From positions 496,001 to 560,000 of the forward strand of contig CP145421.1 of the NCBI GenBank assembly GCA_036867785.1: DNA of 64,000 bases, written 5' to 3'. Position 1 is the stretch's first letter, and every line of letters starts with the position of its first letter. A program made the translations under genes and the position numbers. Shown one piece after another: positions 25,170-37,607 of this stretch. The DNA is from Plasmodiophora brassicae. Lineage: Eukaryota. The notes below the pieces were generated by a model that saw only the letters and a list, made by a program, of their open reading frames with translations, made no database searches and had not been told where the DNA came from.

Positions 25170-26300
25170 GCGCCGTACAATCGACAGCACGCACGCCCTA
25201 ATACGCGTCTGCGTTGCCTACCTATACGGATTCTACATGGTCGGCCTTAGCCGGCCGCAGTTGTCAATTATATACGGTCAGAGCCGGCCGATAGTCTCGC
25301 GCTGGATTGATCAGTATGAGAGTGACCGCACGTCAGTTGAAGAAGCACCACCAACAACAGCGCTATTGGGTCATACGTCTGTATTCGGATCAACGGACGC
25401 TTTTTCTGAACGAAACCAGGTCATTGGTTACGGCTCGCTTCGGGAATCAGTACATATCGTCGCCGGACATATCGAGAGTTGACGCGCATTGATACTCGAG
25501 CGATCCAGATTCGTACGCGCGCTTTTGTGATGAACTTCGTTTGTTTCCGTGGCTTCGTGAAACCCTGGTGTTCCTTGATGAGTTCCGTGTCGGCAACAGG
25601 GACATGCTTCGCTCGCATGGCCACTGCGCCTCGTTGGCCAGCGTCTCGTTACAGAGGCGAATTATGCCAGAAACCTACACAGGTAGGCGTTCATTGCTGG
25701 CTGTTGCCATCATTCCGAACAAGAACTCGATAGGGTTGAAGAAGGGCAATACGCCGAGAGGAGACGACGCCCAACGACCGAAGCTAGTTCACTTCTTCAA
25801 CCCTATCGAGTTCTTGTCCGGAATGATTACCAAGCGGCTTCGGCAGGTTTTCCAGGAGAACACCAATAATAACCTCGTTACCGTCATCAATAATGTCCTT
25901 GTTGATTTCAGCAATCGGTCGCTGGGGGTGTCTTCGCGAAATGCGGTCACCTTTGTGATTGCGTCTTCGACCCTGCTCGTGGAGTACGCCATGACGTTCG
26001 TGAGTTTGATGTCGATTTTACCATGGTATGTAGGACCTAATGTCTGTTGACTGTTGTACTGCACTTCCGGGTCTCACTATGTTGAGCAGGACGATAACTG
26101 AGTTGAATTATAAACGCGGGTTTGGTTTTATGTCGCGTAGCCGCATTTCACGAAGACATCCTCCAACGGCCGATTTGCTGAATTCAACAAGGACGTCATT
26201 GATGGCGGTAACGCTGGTGTTACCAGGATTGAAGATTGAGACCAAGAATAGCGTACGGTCAGGCGCCACGCTCAATACATAACGAGACAGGTTCGTTTGG
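25170..26300 (+). pseudogene. Degenerate, internally rearranged IS630/Tc1-mariner (DDE_3-type) transposase
   Basis: Frameshifted pieces in the expected order: HARPNT..CL/YGFYMVGLSRPQLSIIYG..IVSRWI (HTH), RAIQIR, WLRETLVFLDE (first Asp), YRGE, RSLL, FFNPIEFL.GMITKRLR (catalytic Glu), KCG. The region with the second Asp is missing. Confidence 0.75.
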
Positions 26301-26331
26301 TGTGTATGTACGGTGCAATTGCTAACAATAA

Positions 26332-27800
26332 TCACTCCGCACTGCTAGGGCGAGGTTTCGTCCAAGCGGCGCGCACGTTCTGGTTGCGAAGATACGTCAC
26401 GATCGCGTTCATGATGCTGATCATGACAGTTCGACGTTCCTCGCGCGTCTTGCATTCCAGGTCCAGCGTCCGGTCGTTCGTCACCAGCGACAGGCATAGC
26501 TGCGCATCCAGCACCCTGTTCGACCGTTTCAGCAGCACGTTCGTCTGCTTCCCGCTACGGATCTGCCGAACGTCCTCGATCAGGATCCGGCGCCTGCCTT
26601 CACCCCAGCGAATCACACCCGTCAGCGTGTCGACCGTCACGTACACTCGTTTCGGTCGCCCACGCCTGCCATGCTTGACCACCGGGTACTCGACAATGTC
26701 GACATCCCGTCCCTGCTCGCCCGACCTTGCCAGCCGCTCGTTCGCGGCGCTTGCCAATTGGGCAATCGACCCGTTCGGGTCATCGTCCGAGAACGTTAGC
26801 GACACAGACGACGTCGCAGGGTGCAACGCAGCACTCTTCGGGACCGACACCGCATCGCGTTCACTCGCTAGCGTCGTCTGCGACGTCGATGGCGACGCAG
26901 CGTGCTGCTGCTGCTGCTGCACCGAAGGGGCGGGTAGCGGCCGACGAGAAGCGGCGCTCTCAGACAAGGCCGCCGTCACGTTCGCCCGCACGGAGCGAGC
27001 CCCGAACAGGCCCGCTCGAGCGGCGTCCGGGCGCTGTTGCACGACAAGGTCGATCGACGCAGGTGCATCGTCGTCCGTATCCGCCATTTCGTCATCAGCA
27101 ACGTGGCTGCCCCCCTCGGCAACGTCGTCGGCGCCATTGCATCCTTCCACACGGCTAGCTGACGGCTCCTCCTGTACAGGGCCACGATGCAACGACCGGG
27201 TGCTGCTCCCCGTGTGCACCTCGGTGGTCACTTGCGGTTCGACCGGCTGATTGTCGTTGTCACCGTGGAACGATGATGCTTCGCTGACTGCGACATGGGC
27301 AAGGGGCCGGGTGCTGACACCCGCGGTGTCGCTCCTAACGAGACCGGAATCGAGGCCGGAGCTCTCGTTGCCAGCAGATCCCCCGACAGCATCGGCGGGC
27401 ATGACGAAGTCGAAGAAGTTCGTGGACGGCAGAGGGCGACGCGATCGAGTGGGCGCCTCCGTGATCTCGGTGGCGTTGCTGGCGACCGCGGGCTCAGGTT
27501 GCTGTTCGTCCAGCGGCAGGCGCGTCCATTTGACGCCGCCCGACTTAGTCCTCGCGAGGACCGGGCGCGTCTTGGGCGCCAACGGGTCGACGGTTTTACC
27601 CGAGTTGCACGGGTCCGGTCTGACGATCGACGTGCGGTTGCTGCGATTGGCCAGGTCGAGGCGATGCTGCCGGTGCTCGAGGAACCCGGCCCCGCTTTGG
27701 ATTTCGATCAGGTCCCAGGTGCCCATGCGCAGGTAAGCATGGGTGGATGACGACACGCTGCCCTGAATGGACGGGTCGCGTCGCGGGATGGACGACATGC
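26332..27800 (-). CDS. Disordered protein with C-terminal PH domain (PLC/Mcp5-type PH); 5' end uncertain
   Basis: VVKHGRRGRPKRVYV...IRWG...IEDVRQIRSGKQT...LCLSLVTNDRTLDLECKTREER. Confidence 0.75.
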
Positions 27801-27955
27801 CTCTGCGATTAGAATGCGAAAGATAACAATGGGGAGCGTATCGGGCCAAGGTCACCGGTGACGCCTCTGACGACTGCCAGTGTGACTCAACGATCGTCCA
27901 CCAGTGTGATTCCACCCGAAGGTCATATCGGCGGTGATTTAACAGGATGCAGGGC

Positions 27956-28428
27956 CTACCCGTTGCTGGCCGCTTCCGTGTCGACGACCGCACCATCATC
28001 AGGTGACGCATGCCAATCGTCATTGTCGGCGTCGTCGTCTCCGGCGGCGTTGTCATTGTCGAGCATCGGCGACCGCGGCGTATCGTCAGGCGCGTCCGGG
28101 CTTCGCGACAGCCGCGCCGGGCGCCTTCTCACCGACTCGGCGTCGTCGTCACCCAGATTCCTGCGATGCCACCGCTGCTTCTCGGCCGGCTCCTCCTGGT
28201 CCCGGTCGGGCACCCACCGATTCAACAGCATCTGCCCGACCTTCTGCCGTTTCCGCGACCACGTCCTCGCATGCGCCTGCGCAATCGTCAGATGGACCGG
28301 GTCAACCAACGCACACACGGAAGCCGTCTGGCCCGTACATCCAGCCCGAGCCTGCCCTGCGTCTGGCCGAGCGCCCGGATGCCCGTGAAGACGCCGCGCG
28401 TCGAGCTGCGCGTCCCGGTGCGGCTCAT
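27956..28428 (-). CDS. BCL7-like SWI/SNF (BAF) subunit; 3' end uncertain
   Basis: Spliced MSRTGTRSSTR...LD|AHARTWSRKRQKVGQMLLNRWVP resembles the BCL7 N-domain (TRS...RKWEKKWVTVG..L.I.KWVP), followed by an acidic disordered tail. Confidence 0.6.
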
Positions 28429-28609
28429 GACGGTTGCGTGGCGTTCCACGCGGGGCGCCCGGCCCGCCTGACGCTGCCCGCTGCCGCACTACCGACCTAC
28501 ACATAAGTCCGCGGGCCGCCGGGTGCGGAATAATTATTCGGCGCAGCGCAGGTCGCCCAGTCGACGATTGCAGTTGTTGCAGCGCGCGCGCGGACCTGTG
28601 TCGAGTGCC

Positions 28610-29488
<879 letters not shown>

Positions 29489-29642
29489 ACTCGTCGATAT
29501 TCGACGTGCTCTCGCCCAACTCCTAATATACATCGCACCATCACCTGCGACCTGGTAGCATCGTCACCAGCGCCTTTCATCAGCAGTGCGACACTGAGGT
29601 GGGCAAACATCGACCGGATCTGATCTAATCATCGTCAGTTGT

Positions 29643-30245
29643 TTAGTGCCTGGAGAGTTGCTCCAACGCCCTCGTTTCGGCGTCACTGATGGCGTTATCG
29701 TCCTGAAGAACGCTTCGGATGATGCCATGGGGTAAATTCCGGTTCGACGCAAGAACGATATTAGCCAGGGCGTGTGCGTGTCGTCGTCGCATGGTCAGCG
29801 TCCTTGTCAAACGATCGACCTGCCTCGTTAAGATTGCATTCGCTTCTGCACTGTCGCTCGCTTTCTCAGTCGTTAACGCCAACCTGCGCTGAAGAGCCGA
29901 TCTGTCTGTTCGGGCCTGAATCAGTTCCCGGCGAAGAGTTCGGATCTCGTCCTGCGCATCGAGGATCGTTGACTTCAGCTTTGCTTCTGCGCTGCGCATG
30001 GCACCGTTAACCGCCCACGTTTCTTCAAGGCGCAAGCGCTCTGCCTGTAGCTCATTCCTTGTCACTTCTAAGGCTAGCGAGTCGGATGACACAACAGGAA
30101 CGCAGACGCGCTCAACGCTGCTCCTAATGGCGCGCGCCGAAGCGTCTGCTGCATCCTCTGCAAGTGCATCCGCGATGACTCGCAACAGGTTCCGGCTCTT
30201 TAGGACGGCCTCACGTCTCGGGCAGAGCCTAACGTCGGAGGTCAT
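29643..30245 (-). CDS. Hypothetical coiled-coil protein (~200 aa)
   Basis: Open ATG-initiated ORF with heptad pattern (EVTRNELQAERLRLEE...AQDEIRTLRRELIQAR). Confidence 0.55.
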   Translation of the reverse strand: MTSDVRLCPRREAVLKSRNLLRVIADALAEDAADASARAIRSSVERVCVPVVSSDSLALEVTRNELQAERLRLEETWAVNGAMRSAEAKLKSTILDAQDEIRTLRRELIQARTDRSALQRRLALTTEKASDSAEANAILTRQVDRLTRTLTMRRRHAHALANIVLASNRNLPHGIIRSVLQDDNAISDAETRALEQLSRH

Positions 30246-30314
30246 CCGGTGGCAGTACTCGATGCGATCTCAGACAACGACTGGCAATAACAGCAGTATT
30301 CGGCGAGGCGAGGT

Positions 30315-31704
30315 TTATACGACTTGGATCGTCGTCGACGGGGGCAGCATCGGGTCACCCACTAAAGCAACGGTGCTGCTGGCCCCACATGTCGCCATTC
30401 GGAAGCGGGCAGCAGGGTCCGGGTTCACAGCGATGTCATACAATGGCGCCACAGGGTACGCGATTCGATTCTGTGTTCGAAAACGGTCAAGGCTAAACGA
30501 CGAATACACCAGGGTTAACAGGACATACCCTTTCGGTGCCGTCAGCATTCCAGACGTTGACGTACGGAGAACCGCCTGCCGATACCAACGACGAGTCGAC
30601 GTGGGACACGGCCAAGATGGGCGGTGCTGCTGTGTACGTCTGGACGAGAGACCGCGATGCAACGTGATACGTGAACAGGGACCCTGATCCCGAACCGCAC
30701 GACATCCAGTCTCCGTAACAGCAGATACTGCTGATCCAGTCTGCAGATCAAGTCAGACGTTACGCTCGTAACAGTCCGAAACAATACGACGCGTACGTTT
30801 GCCGCCAGGTTGGGCGAGCACCGCTTCACACTCGCCGCTCCGGATATCCCATAAACGAACGAAACCATCTTCAGATCCAGTCAAGATCGTGCTGGGTGTC
30901 ACCCCCATGGAGATGCAGTGCAGGTAGTCGTCATGCCCAGCGAACCTCATCACCACCTGCGGTATCTTTCGTTAGCGTAGCGCAAGACGATTGCCCGGGC
31001 GTCATACAGACCTGCCCCGTCGACAGGTCCCATTGAAAGGCCGCCGCCTGGCCGGACGCAGAGAACAACGCGCGTGTCTCCGAGCAGTAAGCAAGGCCAT
31101 TCGTCTCGGAGACAGCGGTCAGTCCACCAGCGGCAGTGGTGCCTTGCGGGTTGACAAGCTCAAGCAAAGGCTCTTCGACGCAGTCTATGTCCCAGACCTT
31201 GATGGACAGGTCGCCCCCGCTATCACAAAGAGCTCAATGGAGGCAGTATACGACGCAGTGTTGCAAGCGTACCTGACAAGGCGGTTCTCTGCAAATACAA
31301 CGGAATAGATTGGCCCTGCGCGGGCATTCGTCCGCATCCTGCACGTGGTGTCCAGTGGCCTGCGAGCACGGGTTGGTTTGTCGGCAACACGGAATAGACA
31401 AGCCTGGGCAGCCTGGCTCACATGGCGAATCGCTGGCACTTGTCGACCTCGCCCTGCCCGTGCCCGAGTCAGAACACGCACACACACACAAAGGTAACCC
31501 CGTCCCCCAGTTAGGTATTACCGCAACGCTCGACGTTTCCCACACATTCAGGGCAGATCTGCTATCGCCCGCAGCCAGCAGGGAACCGTCGTTCGAGAAC
31601 GCGCACGTGAACACGGTAGCAGGCGGCGTCATGCTGACGGACGTCGCAACGCTCCGCAACTCCGCGACTGTGGCAATTATCAATTGGACATTCGCCATGC
31701 CCAT
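30315..31704 (-). CDS. THOC6: WD40 protein, THO complex subunit 6-like, multi-exon
   Basis: GPIYSV, SETNGL, WDLSTG|..FAGHDDYLHCI, TGSEDGFVRLWDIR, DWMSCGSG. Confidence 0.78.
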
Positions 31705-32621
31705 TGACCCGACCCTGCCGACAACGCTGCTGCTCCTTGATTACTTACCTGACGGGTACTGCCCCCCGACTTAAGTTGTTCGCCTCTAGCAGCAATTGCA
31801 TCGAGCATCGCGGAACGTTGCCCGCGCGTCGCAGACTTAGTGCAGAAGCTATAACGAGTGATTCAAGAGGCGTGGATGTGTAATGGATGATTGCGATGAA
31901 CGGCGAGCCGTGCCGGCTATGGTTGCATGTGCCGGCGACTGCGGGAGAAATGGTCGATGATGTCCTGGATTGTCTCGCCGTTCTCAGCAACGCCTTGATC
32001 GAGGACGCTGCTGCTGCCGCTGCTTCCCGGGTCTGACATTCGAGACAGGTACCGTGCACGGAGCACGCGCCCTACCTCGAACGCGCTCTTCCTGACCAAA
32101 CTTGGCTCAGCACCTCTGCCACACAAAACGTTCGTCTATCCGCACTCAGATTCCGCTTGTGCAAGCCCTGTTTCCGCCGGTGTAGCGCCTGAACCAGCAG
32201 GCGCCTCCCCAACAACAACATCAGGTGCGACCGCCTCTCCACTCGCGACTGCCTTCTTCGACATTGCGTCCGTTCGTCCACACTGCTGCTCTGTGTGCTT
32301 TGCTGATGGTCACACAGCCGCCTACTGGACCGACCTATCCACCCCGTTGCTGCTGCTGTCAGAACTCCAGGTCTCCAGAACGTCGATATATGTGCACGTT
32401 TCCCAACTGATGATATTGCGTTGTCGCGCTGCACGAAATGATCCTCAAAAGGTATGTGAACAGCTATAACTCTCTGGAGCTCACGTGCAGCGCCTTTAAT
32501 AGAGGAACCACATTTGACTCACGACGTGGCCTCTTCCTTCACCTCACTATTACAGGACTGTTTATTAGTATGAGCTACTATACCGCAGTCCTACAGACGA
32601 TATGCGACGCGACAACCGGCC

Positions 32622-33855
32622 TTACGCAGAAAAGGCCTTGTCCAGTTCATCCAGGAACGGTCGAATCGCCGGGTTGGGTCCCAGGCTGCCCACAGTCGCG
32701 CCCGTCTCAGCGGCATGCGCTCGCCGTTCGTCGACACAGAAGATATTCCAAGAATTAGGCGGGATCACAACATCCTTGACTTGTTGCGCGACCGGGAAAT
32801 ACGGCGGCTGGAACTGGTAGTTCGTCGTGCACACGAACCCAAGCTTTCGTACCGTCCAGAGCAGCTTCTGCCTGGCGTCCTCGGACTGCACGTCGGAATT
32901 CACTTCCATTGCCATGTAGTGGATCGCGTGGTTGCGAAGGAGGTTGGTCATGCCATTAAGAACGTGCTCCTCGAAGCCTTCGACGTCCATCTTCATGACA
33001 TACACGTCGGAAAGAAGCAGCGAGTCGAGGCGGGCGATGTCCAGGTCCTGGACGTACATCAGTTCCTGGTAGGTACGGTCGGGGCTCTTCATGAATTCGT
33101 TGATGACATTCGGGTCGCATTCCAACTTGCCGTTCCCGATGTTGCGTTGGTGTGCGACAAGGATGCACTTGGACGCCTTACTGCCGAGAGCCTGGACGAA
33201 GACGCTTAGAGAACCGGTAAGGAAACGTGTCAAATATTACCACCTTGTTAAAGAACGTCACTCGTAGGCTAGGGTTCAAGCACAAACTACTCCTCAGCAG
33301 ATGTGCATTGTGTCGCATCGCATCGACAGCAAACACCCGGTACCCAAAGGCGGCAACCCCCAGTGTGTGCATGCCAATGTTGCTGCCGACGTCCAGGAAC
33401 AAGGGGTCCGCAATCCCCTCCGTCTCGGCCTGCTCCAGCAGCTTCAAGTACATCTGCACCTCGTCGACCTCGAACGCGCCGTTACCCATGATGATGTCGG
33501 AGACAATGTCCTTTCCTCCACCGATCACATACATCCCACGAAACGGCAACGGTTTACGCGAGATGCGCTCGCCAAGCTTGTCGACAGCTAACTTGGCGAT
33601 GGGGTACGTCGACCCGCCATGGGACGCAAGTGGGAAGAACTCCTGGCAGTACGTGGCCTGGAGGAAGTGCGAGCGCTCATGCTGCTGATGAGTGGTTTCG
33701 AGGCTGCTGAGGTACAGGGAGCGGGGCGACGAGCGCGCGGAACTGAAGAAGAGGTTCACGCTGAGCATGCAGGCGACAGCGGCCAGGCACATTATGGACA
33801 GGGCGAGCATGTCGCGAGGCATGATGCGCTTGGCCTTGCCGACAAGGACGGACAT
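32622..33855 (-). CDS. FkbM/Methyltransf_21-type SAM methyltransferase with N-terminal membrane anchor, 2 exons
   Basis: FLDVGSNIGMHTL..AAFGYRVFAVD and MKMDVEGFEEHVL; hydrophobic LALSIMCLAAVACMLSVNLFF near the N-terminus. Confidence 0.85.
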
Positions 33856-34077
33856 GTTGGACGTGACCGTCAACCGAAAAATGCAAGTATGGCACGATGG
33901 CGATCGGCGGTCGATGCGCAAACGGCAAAGCCAAAGCACTCTGACGGCGTGGGGGCGTCGGCGTTACATACAGTCAAGCCATCTAAGTATAGCCCCTCCC
34001 CCGCAAGTGCACGACGACGTTGGCGGCCGGGTTGCCCGGGTCTCGAAGGGGCCCAGCCGGAATAACAAAAAAACGGA

Positions 34078-34209
34078 GTGGCGACTGCCACGGGAACCCA
34101 AGTGTGCCCGTGGCAGGAACGTTGCTGCCACTTGATGCTTGCTGCCACGGAAAACCAGGTGGCAGAAAGGAAACCACGTGGCACCAGCGTTCGTGCCACG
34201 AGGTTTCCT
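34078..34209. repeat. Cluster of TGCCAC/GTGGCA motifs forming three adjacent stem-loops
   Basis: Seven exact hexamers plus one partial in ~130 bp. Stems 34085-34094/34107-34116, 34142-34148/34159-34165 and 34168-34184/34193-34209. Confidence 0.8.
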
Positions 34210-34929
34210 ATGACAGCAGGAGTTGCTGCGGCGCGAACAGTGTGTGTGTGCGGGACGCGGATGGGCGCCGCACTTTCTCTGTTTGCTGCTGTCGCGTGGG
34301 GGTTTCGTCGTCGCGATCGTGAGGGTTTCGTCGTCGTGGTCGTTGTCGACCGCAGCCACTGGCTCTGTTTTCTGTCGTCGCCGTCGGGTGCCGTCGTCAT
34401 CGTCGTGGGTTGTCGTCGTCGTTGTTCTGTTCTTGTTGCTACACGGCGTATGGTCTGCCGTGTTGTCACTAACGCTCCACTAAAAGGTGAAGCAGGGAAA
34501 CGCGGGTCGTCGTTAACGGTGAGGGTATTCTAAAGATCTATGCCAAACCCGATCAGCTAATCGATTTGTCTGATGCTAGCTGTAGCGGGGACCGCGATCC
34601 ACTCGTCCATGGTGGCAATTCAGAACTCGAGCGTCCCATGACTCTACCACTCAGAGGACGACCATAGCAACGGTACCGGTGAGCTGGACCCCCGCTGTGG
34701 TAAGGCGAAGCCCCCCCTCCCCCTACAGATGTGTATCCGATCCTGTCAGGTAGCCTCGCTGATCGAACACAAACCACGCATTCCCTGTGATGAGGTCCCA
34801 TGCGACCGTTTCGGGGCCAACTACCTAGCCAGTTGTCGCAACTCGCCAATTCGATCCGGCACGTCCCCCACTCACCATTACGTGTGACTCGGTCGAGGTT
34901 GGCCGGAACAGTACAAATGATTTGTAATT

Positions 34930-36501
34930 TCAAAACACGTAGATAATGGCAAGGCCGAGCAGCACAAAGACGTAGCTCGTTGCCGAAGGGAAGTTCTGAT
35001 GACCGCTGTTAGACCCAACTGCCAGTGGATTGGCTGATTCCGTCTTTGAGGTCATGGGCATCCGGGCGGGCGCAGTGCTCCTAGACCTCACAACCACATG
35101 GGAACGTTTCCTGGTACTTGCCACAGGTGGGGCTTGATGGATATTATTCGACGACTTTGCTGGCGCTTTCACAGTCGCCGCCCTCTTCTTCGAAGTCGAC
35201 TTTGGCCCGTTGGCAATCACGGTCCTCTTGATTGATGCCTTTGCCGTTCCCAAGGCCTTCTTCATCGATGTCTTCACCAGTCCCATGGTCTTCTTCTTCG
35301 ATGTCTGTGCCGACGCCAAGCTCTTCCTGGAAGTGTTCGCCTTTCTCGATGTCGGCGCTTTCACAGTCGCCGCCCTCTTCTTCGACGTCGACTTTGGCCC
35401 GTTGGCAATCACGGTCCTCTTCTTTGATGTCTTTGCCGTTCCCATGGCCTTCTTCATTGATGTCTTTACCGGTCCCAAGGTCTTCTTCTTCGATGTCTGT
35501 GCCGATGCCAAGCTCTTCCTGGATGTCTTTGCTGGTGAGTTCGCTGTTTTCGATGTCGAGCGCTTGACTTGGCCGTATGATCGTGAAGTGCTGGCGACGA
35601 ACAGTTTGAAGTTGCGAAAGTAGGAGTACTGCGTTGTCGGGCTGCTGAAACTGGAACTGCCCCCGCCGAAGAACGTATCGAACTTGATGCCGTTGAACAG
35701 GCGGATCGACCCGTATTTGACGATATAGCTGATGACGACCTTACCGTTGTGGATCACTTGTGTAAGCCCGTCTTGCAGGTCGACCATGACCGCCAGCTTC
35801 TGCCACTGCCCCGTGAGCAACGCGAAGTTCCTGCCGACAATGTCGCCGTAGGACGGGTCGCAGCAGGTCAGCACCTGACTGTTGGGACATATCGTAGGAG
35901 ACGGGCAGTACGCCTGGTTGTTGACAGCGTAAATGTAGGCGGCACCCGCCCCCGTTGCGTTTCGCCACATCAGTCGCGTCGAGAAGCAATTCGGGTTGCT
36001 GCGATTCACCGACCCGCCACCGCAATCGAATGTCGTAGACGAGATGCCATCAGCGCCCCAGATGCCAGGCAGTTTTCCTTCCTTGACGAAGATGAATCCG
36101 GTCGGGAAGAAGACTTCATATTCCAGGGTCATGCGAGTGACGTTCCAGTACGGGTACCCCGGGGCGCTGTACCATCCAGCGATGCCCAGTGCCGTCGACT
36201 GGCCAAAGTACCCGGGCCCGTACGTCACTTGGAGAACGCTGGTGTTCGTACGGCCCTCCGGATCGACGACGTTCGCACTGGATAGGTAGCCAGGGTACCA
36301 GCCGTCCTTGGAGTGCACCCAGCCCAATTGATCCAGGAACTGTTTCACCGTCGTGAACGACATCGGGCGAATCACTTGCCGGTCCTGGGTGTAGTCGAAC
36401 AGCTCGGCATGGTTGCCGATGTAGTCGTTCGAGAAGGACAGCGCGTCGGCGGCCTCGTTCACAACCCAGAATGCGAGCGTCCACACAAGCAGCAGCGTCA
36501 T
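34930..36501 (-). CDS. Polysaccharide lyase family 14-like secreted/surface enzyme, copy A (long Lys-rich linker, hydrophobic C-terminus)
   Basis: Signal-like MTLLLVWTLAFWVV; YEVFFP..F.FVKEGKLPG, CFSTRLMWR..GAG..YIY, GQWQ and FDTFFGG are PL14-type motifs. C-terminal YVFVLLGLAIIYVF (GPI/TM-like). Intronless. Confidence 0.82.
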   Translation of the reverse strand: MTLLLVWTLAFWVVNEAADALSFSNDYIGNHAELFDYTQDRQVIRPMSFTTVKQFLDQLGWVHSKDGWYPGYLSSANVVDPEGRTNTSVLQVTYGPGYFGQSTALGIAGWYSAPGYPYWNVTRMTLEYEVFFPTGFIFVKEGKLPGIWGADGISSTTFDCGGGSVNRSNPNCFSTRLMWRNATGAGAAYIYAVNNQAYCPSPTICPNSQVLTCCDPSYGDIVGRNFALLTGQWQKLAVMVDLQDGLTQVIHNGKVVISYIVKYGSIRLFNGIKFDTFFGGGSSSFSSPTTQYSYFRNFKLFVASTSRSYGQVKRSTSKTANSPAKTSRKSLASAQTSKKKTLGPVKTSMKKAMGTAKTSKKRTVIANGPKSTSKKRAATVKAPTSRKANTSRKSLASAQTSKKKTMGLVKTSMKKALGTAKASIKRTVIANGPKSTSKKRAATVKAPAKSSNNIHQAPPVASTRKRSHVVVRSRSTAPARMPMTSKTESANPLAVGSNSGHQNFPSATSYVFVLLGLAIIYVF

Positions 36502-37607
36502 CGCAGCACCGTCTACGATATCCGTATGAAATATCCAACGGCAGACTCGCGCCTTACTAACTATCTCGATCGAGATTGCGCCCGGCAGGTTTATAGCAAA
36601 TATGTGAGCATCGCCTCGATCTTCTGTCATCTCCCAGATCACGATACGTCGTCCATCACGATGTTTCGTTTTCGGCCATGCCAATGTCGACCCTGTCAGA
36701 ACGCAAACCCGAGCACCCAGTTTCCTGCAGCAATTCTTCACAACCGGCGGCGAAGATGGCGACGTCGTCTATAGAGCGGCACAAGTTCATACCGGTATTG
36801 AGAGCATCTCCACCGGTCATCCGTATCCATGTATGTCCCATAGATTTGCAGATATAGAGAATATGTACCCCACGCATTGCAAGATATGGAGTCCATAGCA
36901 GATTTGAACAGATCAGGAACGGATTTGGTGACGGCAATAAAGGGAGGACAACGCGACAACGTCGTCATCCTCGACTCCTGCTCGCCGCGGAAAGGCGCTC
37001 TGCCAGAAAAACTTCACGTCTTCTGAAGACACCATCAGCACCAAAGTGTATCAGGGCAGCAGACGCGTCAGTAGGCAGCGACAGGAACTTTACTCGTGAT
37101 ACTGACAAGTTCCTCCGCTTGACCAAGGTCACGCCGGCGTTTGTTCAAGGTCGTAATCCAGGTCAGGTAGCAGAACGACATTCAGAAGGTCCTCCTGCGG
37201 TTCTCGACCTGCATGAGTAAGGCGCTCGTTGACCCGCGACGCTGACTCCTGACATGTTATAGCAACAACGGGCCCAAGGTCCACATCGTCGTAGCCATCG
37301 TCGCTCTCGACGACAATAGGAACCCGTCAGACTCGTCCGATGACTCCATGAGCCCATGGCGTCGACACTTCTCCCGTGTGATGAATGCCTCGGACACCGC
37401 TGGGAGAACTCCCAATTCTCACTACACCAACCTTTATCTGAGCTTGCCGTCCAACTCTGAATCCCCATTTGTGACGTGAATGTCCCCAGCTGTGTGTGTG
37501 TGTGTATGCGTATGCAGGGTGTCGGTTGGGGAAACTGTGGCAGCAGGGAGCGGGAGGCGATTATACGGCGACACGTTGCACATAGTTGCGGCGGCCGCCG
37601 ACGGGGC

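Noticed and set aside
31745-32434. Several short overlapping ORFs between THOC6 and the FkbM gene
   Set aside because: No consistent exon chain or recognisable motif could be established.
36502-36741. N-terminal extensions of the PL14 ORFs (also 49316-49498)
   Set aside because: They precede a good signal peptide and are more diverged between the copies, starting at different points, so they are probably 5' UTR or promoter.
37491-37514. (TG)n microsatellite (also ~12814-12825 and ~31477-31490)
   Set aside because: Ordinary short simple repeats.
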